Assembly: GCA_963789265.1 (NCBI GenBank)
Contig: CAWBKB010000001.1
Span: 448,001 to 512,000 of the forward strand
Direction: 5' to 3'
DNA length: 64,000 nt
Source of the DNA: an uncultured delta proteobacterium
GTDB lineage: Bacteria > Desulfobacterota > Desulfomonilia > Desulfomonilales > Desulfomonilaceae
Position 1 is the first letter of the stretch. Each line of letters starts with the position of its first letter. Position numbers and translations under genes: made by a program. This document shows positions 1 to 10,159 of the stretch, one piece after another. The notes beneath the pieces are model-generated. The model had not been told where the DNA came from. It worked only from the letters and a program-made list of their open reading frames with translations, and did no database searches.

Positions 1-84
1 CGATGAACAGCCAATTCGGCTGCGGCAGCTAAGCGTGTTCCGGTAGGCCGGATTGAAAATTTGTTCGCGTCGGACATAAAGTGT

Positions 85-113
85 TTGTCTCCTTTTGAGG
101 AATAGAGTATAAA
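85..113 (+). promoter_or_regulatory. putative sigma70 promoter upstream of rpmI
   Basis: TTGTCT-17 nt-TATAAA about 70 nt upstream of the rpmI ATG. Confidence 0.45.
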
Positions 114-181
114 TTAAAGTTTAATGTAGCTATCCCGTGGCTTAGGGCCGTTCATGCGCCGCGGGACAGGGAGACTCGAAT

Positions 182-379
182 ATGCCCAAATTGAAATCTT
201 GCCGTGGCGCGGCCAAACGGTTCACCATTCTCAAGAGTGGGAAGATTAAGAGAAAGAAGGCCTACCACAGCCACATCCTTACGACCAAGACTACCAAGCA
301 GAAGCGAAACCTCAGGAAGGAAGCCTTCATTGACCCGAAGGATGCGAAACAGATCAGACGATTACTGCCGTACGGATAA
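182..379 (+). CDS. rpmI: 50S ribosomal protein L35
   Basis: [49 protein letters not shown]. Confidence 0.98.
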   Translation: MPKLKSCRGAAKRFTILKSGKIKRKKAYHSHILTTKTTKQKRNLRKEAFIDPKDAKQIRRLLPYG

Positions 380-560
380 GAGCACCAAGCATCTGTTTGG
401 GATCCTCACGCGACAAAGAAGCGACGCGTGGGGTCTATCATGAGTTCATAAAGAGCTGAGGCGCGACCACCATGTTGCAGGAAAGATTCTCTAAGCTGTC
501 TCGCTCGAAAGAAAGGCTCTTGAAGAAGGATATCAGGCTGTCTGCCTGGTCAAGGAGTTA

Positions 561-925
561 ATGATGCCCAGAGCACGAAGCGCACCGGCCAGCAGGGCCA
601 GAAGAAACAAGATCATGAAGGCGGCCAAGGGATACGTTGGCGGCCGAAGCAGAACGCTGAAACAGGCGAAAGAGACCGTGGAAAGGGCTCTTTGCTATGC
701 ATATCGAGATCGCAGGACTAGAAAGCGCGATTTTCGCCGTCTCTGGATTACGAGGATCAGCGCGGGAGCCCGCCAGCAACGGCCTCCCGTACAACCCGCT
801 TCGTGGAGGGTCTGAAGAAAGCCGACGTGGCTCTGGACAGGAAGATCCTCGCTGATTTGGCCGTGACGGACGCAGCCGCATTCGCAACTGTAGTTCAAGA
901 AGCAAAGTCCGCCCTGGGGTCTTGA
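561..925 (+). CDS. rplT: 50S ribosomal protein L20 (two apparent +1 indels near 777-797)
   Basis: [36 protein letters not shown], then [31 protein letters not shown] in shifted frames to TGA at 923-925. Confidence 0.95.
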
Positions 926-1158
926 GGCCCTTCTCACGGAGAAGGATAATATAGGACCGGCTGTTGAGAATTGCGTCTCAATGCTAACCGGAAATATCTG
1001 CCGTTCCTTTTTCCCTCCCTCCCCCGGAGAGGGCAGGTGTTTCCGTCCTTCGGAGCAGTGGTCAGGAAAAGATGGTTCGGACGCGAACCTCAACGGGCTT
1101 AATCAAAAAAGCGGTTGAAAGAAACCAGCTTTTGGAACGGCGCTCGGGCGAACTGACG

Positions 1159-1183
1159 GCGGTCTTTTAGGGCCGCTTTTTTT
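1159..1183 (+). terminator. intrinsic terminator / possible attenuator upstream of pheS
   Basis: GCGGTC-TTTTAG-GGCCGC hairpin followed by T7, ending 16 nt before the pheS ATG. Confidence 0.6.
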
Positions 1184-1199
1184 GGTTTGTGAGGATACC

Positions 1200-2216
1200 A
1201 TGAAAGAGCAACTCGATAGACTTAGAGAACAAACCCTTGTGTCGATCGCCCGGCTTGAAGATGAAAAGTCTTTGGCGGATGCAAAGACTCGTGTACTCGG
1301 CCGGAAGGGCGAACTGACCACGCTCCTGAGAAGTCTGAGGGATCTGCCTCCTGACGAGCGCTCGAAGATCGGGCAACTGGCAAATACAATCAAGGCTGAA
1401 TTGGAAGAAAAGTTCGGCGAAAAAGAAGCCGCTCTGCGTTTACAAGCCGAGCAAGTAAAGCTCGCCGTAGAGTTCGTAGATGTCACTCTTCCCGGCAGAA
1501 GATCCATGCCCGGCCGCACGCATATTTTGAACAGAGTTACCGATGAATTGATCGAGGTGTTTAGAGGATTGGGCTTTCAGTTGGCCGAAGGTCCGGAAGT
1601 GGAGTTGGATTACTACAACTTTGAGGCTCTGAATATTCCTCGGGACCATCCTGCCAGAGACATGCAGGACACATTTTACTTCTCGGATAATGTGGTGTTG
1701 AGAACCCACACTTCACCCGTTCAGATCCGAACAATGGAAAAGCAGGAGCCCCCGATTCGGGTAATTTGCCCGGGCAAGGTGTACCGAAGAGATGCCGACA
1801 TTACTCATTCTCCGATGTTCATGCAGATTGAAGGGCTTTGGGTGGACAAAGGCATCTCGCTGGCCGATCTGAAAGGGGTACTTACGGCCTTCGTGCACGA
1901 ATATTTCGGAGAAAGGTATTCTCTGCGCTTTCGACCCAGTTTTTTTCCATTTACCGAGCCATCGGCCGAGGTGGATATACAGTGTGTGATCTGCGGCGGA
2001 ACCGGCTGCAGAACGTGCTCCAACACAGGTTGGTTGGAGATCCTGGGTTCGGGGATGGTGGACCCGGAGCTTTATCGGTTTGTAAACTACGACCCGGAGA
2101 TTTACACGGGGTTTGCTTTCGGCATGGGGGTCGAAAGGGTCGCTATGCTGAAGTACGGAATCCCGGATATCCGAACCTTTTACGAGAACGACGTACGCTT
2201 TTTGAATCAGTTCTGA
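1200..2216 (+). CDS. pheS: phenylalanine--tRNA ligase alpha subunit
   Basis: HPARDMQDTFY, LRTHTSPVQIR, FRPSFFPFTEPSAEVD, GFAFGMGVER; GAGGA RBS before ATG 1200. Confidence 0.98.
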   Translation: MKEQLDRLREQTLVSIARLEDEKSLADAKTRVLGRKGELTTLLRSLRDLPPDERSKIGQLANTIKAELEEKFGEKEAALRLQAEQVKLAVEFVDVTLPGRRSMPGRTHILNRVTDELIEVFRGLGFQLAEGPEVELDYYNFEALNIPRDHPARDMQDTFYFSDNVVLRTHTSPVQIRTMEKQEPPIRVICPGKVYRRDADITHSPMFMQIEGLWVDKGISLADLKGVLTAFVHEYFGERYSLRFRPSFFPFTEPSAEVDIQCVICGGTGCRTCSNTGWLEILGSGMVDPELYRFVNYDPEIYTGFAFGMGVERVAMLKYGIPDIRTFYENDVRFLNQF

Positions 2217-2341
2217 TGCCGAATGTGGCGGTTAATCTGTCGTGCCCTCATAGGGTCCTTGTGGCAAGCGTCTCTTGAAACGGCAGTGGGAGAAGCCGTT
2301 ATTGTGCGGCTTTTTCTCGATTTGATAAGGGGTGAACGGAA

Positions 2342-4754
2342 ATGCTCGTCAGCGTGAACTGGCTGAAGGACTTCGTGGAAATCGATCGATCCGCTGAGGA
2401 GATCGCCGATCTTCTTACCATGGGAGGTATCGAGGTGGAGAGCGTGTCCCACGTGGGGCACGAACTTGAAACAGTATTTATTGGCAAGGTGGAAGAAACA
2501 AGTGCTCATCCGAAGTCCGAAAAGCTCAGTCTGGCGCGCATCAGTCTGAACGAGCGGGAGGTTACGGTTGTTTGTGGTGCCCCCAATCTACGCGCAGGCC
2601 AATTAGTCCCATACGCGGCTCCCGGTACTGTTCTCATATCCGGGCAGAAGATAGAAGAGACGGAAATCAAGGGCGAGCCTTCCTCGGGAATGCTTTGCTC
2701 GGAAAAAGAGTTGGGTTTGGGAGACGACGCGTCGGGCATTCTCGTTCTGGATGAATCTTGCAAACCCGGAATGTCTCTTACAAAAGCTTTTCCGCTCGTA
2801 AAAGATGCGATCTTGGAGATATCGGTCACGCCCAACCGCGGGGATTGCCTTTCGGTCCTCGGCGTTGCCCGAGAACTGGCGGCTCTCACAGGAGCCTCAT
2901 GGAAAGTTCCGGAGGTGCCTGTTGCAAAAGGGCCGGCCAGTGTCAAGAAGAGGATAATCATAGAAGTCCCGGACCCGGACCTCTGTCCGCGTTATGTGGC
3001 GACCATGGTTGAAGGCGTCAAGATCGGACCGTCTCCTCTGGAGATCCGTCTCAAACTGATCAGGGCAGGAGTACGTCCGATCTGCAATGTTGTGGATGCC
3101 ACAAATCTTGTTCTCATGGAATGCGGGCAACCGCTCCACGCGTTTGACTACGACCTGCTGGAAGACCGGCGGATCGTGGTGCGCCGCTGCAACCCTGGTG
3201 AGAGGTTCGTGACTCTGGATGGGGTCGAGAGGCGGCTGCCCGAGAATGCTCTGATGATCCGGGACGGCAAACGATCTGTGGCTCTCGCTGGAATCATGGG
3301 CGGGATGAATTCGGAGATTACAGAAAACACTTCCTGCGTGCTAATCGAGAGCGCCTGTTTCGAGAGGTTCGGCATCAGGCGAACTGCCAAGGCTCTGGGA
3401 ATGAGTACCGAAGCCTCATACAGGTTTGAACGAGGAATAGACCCCGAGGGCACGATCTGGGCTGCTCACCGGGTCGCACATCTTATCTGTCAATTGGCGG
3501 GAGGGACGGTTCTATCCGGCCGCGTCGATGTTTATCCTGCTCCCATTGTGAGGCCTCCAGTTTCTGTCAGACCAAACAAAGTGAACAGCCTGTTGGGTTT
3601 GAGCTTGAAGGACGAAGAGATTTCTTCCTATCTGATGAGGCTTGGAAATACCGTCAAACAAGCCGCTGGGATGAACGGAGAGATAGTGAGTGTTCCTCCT
3701 TCCTGGCGCTGGGATTTGGATAGAGAGGAGGACATGGCAGAAGAGGTGGCCCGGCTCCACGGTTTTCAAAATATACCCGTATCCATGCCCTGCTACAGAT
3801 CCGCCCCGGATAGGAGCGGTGAGAACTTGAACCGCATTCGACGGGTGAATACGTTATTGAACGCCTCCGGTTTCTCCGAGGTGATTACAATGTCCTTCGT
3901 ATCCGTGGACGCGGCACGTGAGTTCAGCACTAAGTCGGGAGACCCGGGAGAATTGATCCTAATCAATCCTCTAACGGAGGATTATGTTGCGATGCGGACT
4001 TCACTTATCCCAGGGATTCTGGCCGTGACGAAGCGAAACATAAATTTTCGTTCCGAGAATTTAAGGCTTTATGAAGTGGGTAAGACTTTTTCGCCGGTGC
4101 CTGGAGACGAACTCCCCAGAGAAGACCTGAGATTGGCAGGGATAGCTACGGGAGCGCGATACCCGGAACTCTGGAACCTTCCGCGCGATCAGGAAGTCGA
4201 TTTCTACGACGTGAAGGGGGTGCTGGAAAGCCTTTTGGAAGGCTTGGGTGTCCAGGAAGTGGTCTTCGTGCCATCGAATGTCCCCTTCCTGCATCCGGGC
4301 AAATCCGCGGACATGATCCTCGAGGGCGAGAAACATTGGTTTTCTGGGAGAGGTGGCACCCGCGAAAACTCGGGAATACGATTTGCCTGGAAGAACTCTC
4401 ATGTTTGAGGTTCTCCTGGAGCCTCTGTTCGTTCGGATGCGCAAGGAGAGAGTTTTCACGCCTATTCCTCGCTACCCTTATATAGAGAGGGATTTATCAT
4501 TCATCGTTGAAGAAAAAGTTTCAGGTGATATGATTAAACACTTGATTTCACGTTTGGCACATGATATTATTGCGTCCGTGATCCTATTCGATTTGTATCG
4601 AGGAAAATCCATTCCGGAGGGCTGCCAAAGTATGGCCTTTCGGGTCCGATATCAGGCAGAGGACCGCACTCTGACTGATGAGGAAGTCCAGGAGGTCCAT
4701 TCTCGTGTGGCGGACGCCCTTGTAAGGGAATTGGGCGCCACAATGAGGGAATGA
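2342..4754 (+). CDS. pheT: phenylalanine--tRNA ligase beta subunit (apparent +1 indel near 4331)
   Basis: VVCGAPN, SGMLCSEKELG, TPNRGDCLS, GQPLHAFD, ASYRFERG; C-terminal FDX-ACB domain (RDLSF..FDLYRG..DRTLTDEEV) in the 4353..4754 frame. Confidence 0.97.
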
Positions 4755-4869
4755 GGACCGAAACAGCCGGCGCCTAGAAGTTACAGACCGGCCAGGCTCA
4801 ATCGGTGCCTTCTCGGTAAGACCTCTGGATCCTGTTGGATTGGATTCTCATGTGAGGGGTGGTCGCGCT

Positions 4870-5298
4870 ATGACTATCGCAATTCCGGAGAAGCAGTATT
4901 TCAAGATCGGTGAAGTAAGTGAAATTCTGGATGTTGAGCCGTATGTTCTCAGGTACTGGGAATCGGAATTCAAGATTCTCAAGCCGACCCGGACTCGAGC
5001 TCGACAGCGTCTTTATCACAAAAAGGACCTCGAACTCCTTCTTGAAATTAAGCATCTCCTGTACGATGAAAAATTTACCATCGCCGGAGCCAAGAAGCGC
5101 CTTCAGGAGATGAAGAAGCAGGTCTCCGCTGAGAAAAAGGCAAAAAGGCCGGCGAGAACGGCTAAATCCAGAGAGGAACTTGAGGTTCCCTCCATAAGAA
5201 TGGAGAATTTGACACATTCAGGTAATACGGATTACCGGGAAATTCTCCTGGAGATCAAGAAAGAGTTGAAGGAACTCAGGTCAATCCTGGAAGGGTAA
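4870..5298 (+). CDS. MerR-family HTH transcriptional regulator
   Basis: IPEKQYFKIGEVSEILDVEPYVLRYWESEF..KFTIAGAKKRL, the type usually found after pheT/ihfA. Confidence 0.9.
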   Translation: MTIAIPEKQYFKIGEVSEILDVEPYVLRYWESEFKILKPTRTRARQRLYHKKDLELLLEIKHLLYDEKFTIAGAKKRLQEMKKQVSAEKKAKRPARTAKSREELEVPSIRMENLTHSGNTDYREILLEIKKELKELRSILEG

Positions 5299-5459
5299 CT
5301 TCCCGATATACCTTTTTGAGCCCTTTTTGCGTGCCGTGCCCCGATCGGTAACCTGGAATATGTGAGGATTGTGCATCGCTCAATCCTTTTTTGTTTTTGG
5401 AGGGCCCGCAAGCGGCAAACCGACGGGTCACCATTCGCTTACGGGTGGGCACGCCTTCC

Positions 5460-5668
5460 GGAACTGTCTCAAAACTAATGAACCGAACCGAATCGAAACA
5501 CGAAATCCCCTCACCCTAGCTCTCCCCCACAGAGGGAGAAGACCATAATAGCTGCTCTAGAACAGCTCCCTCTCCGTCTGTGAGAGAGCCGGGGTGGGGC
5601 AACGAAATACGCACCGGGATTCCATCGTGCCACGATTTGGGTCGCCCAAATATTTTTGAGACACTTTC
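5460..5668. mobile_element. ~209-bp MITE copy 1 (IS1182-type ends, degenerate)
   Basis: GGAACTGTCTCAAAA...TTTTGAGACACTTTC ends, internal CCCTCACCC/CTCTCCC palindromes, ATCGTGCCACGAT box; TSD unclear. Confidence 0.75.
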
Positions 5669-5828
5669 CGAAAACCTGCCCAACAGGTTTAATGACACTT
5701 TCCCGCGGAAAACTGCTGGCGGTTCGGTTTTTTGTTGCCTGAACAGGCTCTCTGAATTATAGTTTAATAAGAATTATCTGGTGAAAAGTGTTTTATAATT
5801 TTGAATGCCAAGATCATAGGAGCTAAAA

Positions 5829-6026
5829 ATGAGCACTCCCATGCATTGTCCCGGCTTGCAGGCTAACAAAAATTTGGCGTCTTTCACCTGCAAATGTCCC
5901 AACTGCGGCAAGGAGAAGGAAATTTTTTCCGACGAATTCGACAGGCCACACACTTGTGCAGCGTGCAATCAGCCCATCGATTTTAACCAATGTACCCTGG
6001 AATCCGGAAGCTTTCAGTTGAAGTAG
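5829..6026 (+). CDS. small Cys-rich zinc-ribbon-like protein
   Basis: AGGAG RBS; CKCPNCG...HTCAAC; 7 Cys in 65 aa. Confidence 0.75.
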   Translation: MSTPMHCPGLQANKNLASFTCKCPNCGKEKEIFSDEFDRPHTCAACNQPIDFNQCTLESGSFQLK

Positions 6027-6386
6027 CTGTCGAAGCCAGATCAAGTGAGGCGTTTCGCCGCCGGCTACATGCCGGACGGTCGATCGAATGCGGCTACTGC
6101 CTACACAGGGTGGTGGACGCGATGTGTACAGCAATTGCTAAAAAATTTGGTACGAGTCGCCCCGAGTTCCGCGAAGTCACCCGGACCTCGATCCGGGGTA
6201 GGTCGGGCCATGCCCGATCCCGCTAAGAGCGGGACGACGGCCGCGGGCCGCCCTACGCTATGCCCGTGTACGCGGACATGACTGCGGCAGGATGCCCGTC
6301 CACCAGAAGCCCGGTGTCACCTGCTTGAAGGAGAATCGGTGTAAGGCGTGTGTCCGACGGAAGAATCGCTTCAATCACTCTGCAAA

Positions 6387-7904
6387 TCACGTGAGGCGGC
6401 TCGTCGCTCGGCTTCCTCTTTGGTCGCTCACGGGAAGGCAAATCGTGAAACAGGCCCCTTTTCCTGGTTCGCTTTCCACGTCAATAGTCCCACCGTGCTC
6501 CTTTATGAAGCCATAACATATACTTAGGCCTAGCCCCACGCCCTTTAAGACCTCTTTCTTGGTGGTAAAAAAAGCGTCAAAGACACGATCCAGGTTCTCT
6601 GGGGGTATTCCCACCCCTGTATCTTCTATCCTGATGGTTATATTATTGTTGGTGAAGTCCGCGCCGCTGGATACACGAAGTTGGCCTCCCGACTCCATAG
6701 CCGCATTGGCATTTATTATCATGTTGATAAGAACCTGCTTCAACTGGCTTTCAACAGCCATGATGTGGGGCAGATCAGGATTGAGATCCGTAAATACCTG
6801 TATGTTGAGGTTCATGAACTGCTTCTCGTAAAACAGTAAGGTCTCTTCGATGAGTCTGTTGACATCGGTGACAGCTCTTTTTTCATCGTCCGGTTTGAAA
6901 AACTTGAGCATCTTTATGAGAAGCACCGATGTCCGCTTACACTCGTCATAAGCCAGGTCCACAAACTTGCGCTTGTAATTGTCCCGGGGCACTGCATCTT
7001 TGATAAGTTCCAGGCAGTTCATGATGCCATAAATCGGATTATTCAATTCATGAGCCAATTGGGAAGCCATTTTACCCATCGCGGAAAGTCTCTCTGCCTG
7101 AATCAGTCGCTTCTGAAGACGGTTTCGCTCTGTGGTATCTCTCATGAGACCCTGATAACTCACGATCCGGTCGGAACTGTCCCGTCCAGCGTATCCGCTC
7201 ATGGAAACATCTCTTAATGTTCCGTCCTTACGTCTTATCCGTATTTCATAGTCCTTGACTACTCCCTGCTTGAGAAACTTTTTCCTGAAGTCCAACATCT
7301 CTTCCCGGCCCACGAACAGGTCTCGGTAGTAATTCATTGCCAGGAATTCCGCTTTCGTATAGCCGGTGATGTCGCACACGGCCTGGTTGCAGTTCGTTAC
7401 CGTCCCCGCTGCATCCGCTATAAACATTCCGTCCTGAATGTTTTCAAACAAGTCCCTGAACTTGATTTCGGTAGCGGCCAGTTGGTCGCTCATGAGTTTC
7501 TTTTCCGTGTGATCGACCACAAACCCGCGATATCCCTGAACCCGGCCCTGTTTGTCTTTCCATACATGGCTGGACAGGCTCACATACAAAGGACGTCCGT
7601 CCTTGCGTTTGAAAGTCGCTTCATAGTCCTGAACGTAGCCCTGCTCTTCAATTGTCTTCTGAAACCTGATCCGATCTTCGGGGTTCATCCAGAGATCTCT
7701 ATTGAGGTCCAGTGCCAGGCCCTCTTCCACCATGCTGTAGCCTAGCATCCCCACCAGGGCTTTGTTGCAATCCAAGAATCGCCCTTCGCGGGTGCTAATG
7801 TAAAAGCCGTCGCGGGCCTGCTGGAAGAAACCGATATAATTTCGCTGGATCTCCGTAATGCGGTCATCGATTTCGTCAGGGGTCATGTGGTAGACCGATT
7901 TCAT
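6387..7904 (-). CDS. PAS-PAS sensor histidine kinase
   Basis: two PAS domains, LAHELNNP H-box, DTGVGI, FFTTK, GVGLGLS; GGAGG RBS before MKSVYHM at 7904. Confidence 0.93.
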   Translation of the reverse strand: MKSVYHMTPDEIDDRITEIQRNYIGFFQQARDGFYISTREGRFLDCNKALVGMLGYSMVEEGLALDLNRDLWMNPEDRIRFQKTIEEQGYVQDYEATFKRKDGRPLYVSLSSHVWKDKQGRVQGYRGFVVDHTEKKLMSDQLAATEIKFRDLFENIQDGMFIADAAGTVTNCNQAVCDITGYTKAEFLAMNYYRDLFVGREEMLDFRKKFLKQGVVKDYEIRIRRKDGTLRDVSMSGYAGRDSSDRIVSYQGLMRDTTERNRLQKRLIQAERLSAMGKMASQLAHELNNPIYGIMNCLELIKDAVPRDNYKRKFVDLAYDECKRTSVLLIKMLKFFKPDDEKRAVTDVNRLIEETLLFYEKQFMNLNIQVFTDLNPDLPHIMAVESQLKQVLINMIINANAAMESGGQLRVSSGADFTNNNITIRIEDTGVGIPPENLDRVFDAFFTTKKEVLKGVGLGLSICYGFIKEHGGTIDVESEPGKGACFTICLPVSDQRGSRATSRLT

Positions 7905-7972
7905 AGAACCTCCGTGACCACAAGGCGTGCTTAAGGAAATTACCGAATTAGAGACGGGCCGACATCTGTTTC

Positions 7973-8542
7973 TCAGTCCGCGTGCAGCAGGCGAGACACT
8001 TCTCTTTTTAGCATTTCCAGGGGAAAAGGTTTGGCAAAGCAGACATCCGCGCCATTTTGTTTCATCTTTTGATAATTCTCCTCGTCCAAGTACACGGAGA
8101 GGACCATGACCTTGATGTGGCTTCTTGATGGGTCCTGCTTTATTCTGCGGCACACCTCGTGCCCATCCATATTGGGCATCATGATGTCGAGGATCAGCAA
8201 GTCCGGGTTGAAACGGCTTACCTGAAATCCCGCCTCAAATCCGTCGGACGCGGACACAATTTCGTAATCGTAAGGCTCTTCTTCAAGGGTTCGTACAATG
8301 GTCTCCACTATCAGGGCGTCGTCTTCCACCACAAGTATCTTATGGGAAGGTCCTTCCACTACGCTATCAATAACAGGCAAGCCCCGGCACCTTAGAAACT
8401 CTTCAAGATCTTCTCGCCTCACGCGGCGATGCATTCCGCCCACTCTGTGTGCGATCAACTGCCCCTCATCGATCCAGTTGGAGACTGTCTGAGGCGAAAC
8501 GCCACAGTACTTACTTGCTTGATAAAGGGTCAGAGTTTCCAT
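7973..8542 (-). CDS. response regulator with N-terminal excisionase-like HTH
   Basis: LTLYQASKYCGVSPQTVSNWIDEGQL..GGMHRRV plus receiver domain (LVVEDD, LLILDIMMP, AKPF). Confidence 0.9.
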   Translation of the reverse strand: METLTLYQASKYCGVSPQTVSNWIDEGQLIAHRVGGMHRRVRREDLEEFLRCRGLPVIDSVVEGPSHKILVVEDDALIVETIVRTLEEEPYDYEIVSASDGFEAGFQVSRFNPDLLILDIMMPNMDGHEVCRRIKQDPSRSHIKVMVLSVYLDEENYQKMKQNGADVCFAKPFPLEMLKREVSRLLHAD

Positions 8543-8811
8543 TGGGATAATGTTCCATGATGTGATGCCATGGTTCTTGTAGCAGTCGGAACTTGCACCG
8601 TTCAGCGGGCACCGTAGACTCACCGAGAATGCCGAGAAAGAGCAAGTTATCCAGCTTCACGTGCGCCGGCGCCACGTACAATCAGGCTGGTCTTGCCGTT
8701 TTGGCAGGCCGGAATTTGCTGCGCCCATCGTGCAGACATGGAAGAGAACAGAATTCTCCGCGGTCTCTGCGTTCTTCGCGGTGAGCGATTATTTCCATTT
8801 TTTAGGGTTTG

Positions 8812-10149
8812 TCAGTCCTTGTCAATGATTTTGCTTACTATACGGACGAACATCTCTCCCCGGTGGAATTCGTTCCGAAACATCCCGAACGATGCGCAGC
8901 CCGGAGAGAGTAGTCCCACGTCTCCTTGCTCGGCTTCTTCCACCAACCTTTTTACAGCACTTTCGAGATCGCCGAACCGCCCTACCACCTTATGCTCTCC
9001 ACCGGCATCAGCGATTTTTCCGTAAAGAGCCTCGGTAGCGTCCCCTTCGAGCAGCGCGATCTTATGTGTTTGCAAAGCCGCGGCACGCGCAAACGGTTGC
9101 AGATCGAGCATCTTGTCGGAACCCCCGGCTATGAGGAGAATGCGCTTGCCATCCACCGAGTCCAGGGCAGCGCAGCCGGACACAGGAGTGGTGCTGGTGG
9201 CATCGTTGATGAACCCCACCCCATTCTTCTCACCTAGCCACTGGAGGCGGTGCTCAACCCCTCTGAAAGCCTCCACCACCGCCCGAATGACCTCCACCGG
9301 AACCCCCATGTTTCGGGCAAGGGACGACGCGGCGGCGACATTCTCTCTATTATGCCTACCTGGAAGCTGTATATTCCAACTTCCCGGGATGTCCTCGATA
9401 TGAAAAAAGCTCTTCCCAGCAGGGGCTCCTTCAGCCAATTCCACGGTCAGAGCCTGATCGCCATTAAAAATACAGAAGTCCTTGTCCTGTTGGTAGAGGA
9501 AGATCGCCTTTTTATCGTAAATGTAATCGTCCATGTTCGCGTAACGATTCAGATGATCGGGATGAATGTTCGTGAACACCGCGGCCTTGGGCGAGAGTCT
9601 GGCGTCATGAAAACCCTGAAGCTGCCAGCTCGACAGCTCAAGAACTACTGTATCCGTCTTGCGGGCGCGTTCCAGCAGTGGAAGCGTCGCTTGCCCCATG
9701 ATGTTGCCGGCAAGAAACACCCTTGGCCTGGCAACAGAAAGTATTTTATGAATAAGGGTCGTTGTAGTCGTCTTGCCGCGCGTTCCGGTGATCCCAACGA
9801 CTTCGCCTTGGAAGTTTTTGCAAAAGAGGCTTTCATCCATCTCGACAGGCACGCCGCTGTCTGAGGCCATTTTAAGAAATTTGGAGGAACGTGGCACGTC
9901 GGCATTACGCAGAATCATATCTGCCGTGACAAAATCTGCTTCATCATGGCCCCCGAGATGAAACGTGATCGGGAGCCCTTCGAGTTTTTCCAACGAGGGG
10001 GCCAGTTGGTCTGCGGTCTTGAGGTCTGTTACCGTCACTCGCGCGCCGCTACGGACAAGGAAGAGGGTATCTCCCAAACCGCGGCCCAGCAGCCCTAGCC
10101 CCATTACGGTAATCTTCTTCCCGTTGAACATTGCAGCGGGATCGACCAT
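8812..10149 (-). CDS. murD: UDP-N-acetylmuramoyl-L-alanine--D-glutamate ligase
   Basis: VMGLG, GITGTRGKTTT, VLELSSWQL, HPDHLNRY, GVEHRL, LIAGGSDK, LLSPGCASFGMFRNEFHRGEMF. Confidence 0.92.
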   Translation of the reverse strand: MVDPAAMFNGKKITVMGLGLLGRGLGDTLFLVRSGARVTVTDLKTADQLAPSLEKLEGLPITFHLGGHDEADFVTADMILRNADVPRSSKFLKMASDSGVPVEMDESLFCKNFQGEVVGITGTRGKTTTTTLIHKILSVARPRVFLAGNIMGQATLPLLERARKTDTVVLELSSWQLQGFHDARLSPKAAVFTNIHPDHLNRYANMDDYIYDKKAIFLYQQDKDFCIFNGDQALTVELAEGAPAGKSFFHIEDIPGSWNIQLPGRHNRENVAAASSLARNMGVPVEVIRAVVEAFRGVEHRLQWLGEKNGVGFINDATSTTPVSGCAALDSVDGKRILLIAGGSDKMLDLQPFARAAALQTHKIALLEGDATEALYGKIADAGGEHKVVGRFGDLESAVKRLVEEAEQGDVGLLSPGCASFGMFRNEFHRGEMFVRIVSKIIDKD

Positions 10150-10159
10150 AGATCTCACC

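Noticed and set aside
926..1199. T-box riboswitch for pheS
   Set aside because: No GGTGGnACC T-box bulge sequence or stem I motifs seen
5299..5460. tRNA-Pro often found after the MerR-like gene
   Set aside because: No cloverleaf or T-arm GTTC(G/A)A motif seen
5990..6386. Short overlapping ORFs (5990, 6045, 6292)
   Set aside because: No RBS or recognisable motif; composition resembles non-coding or shadow frames
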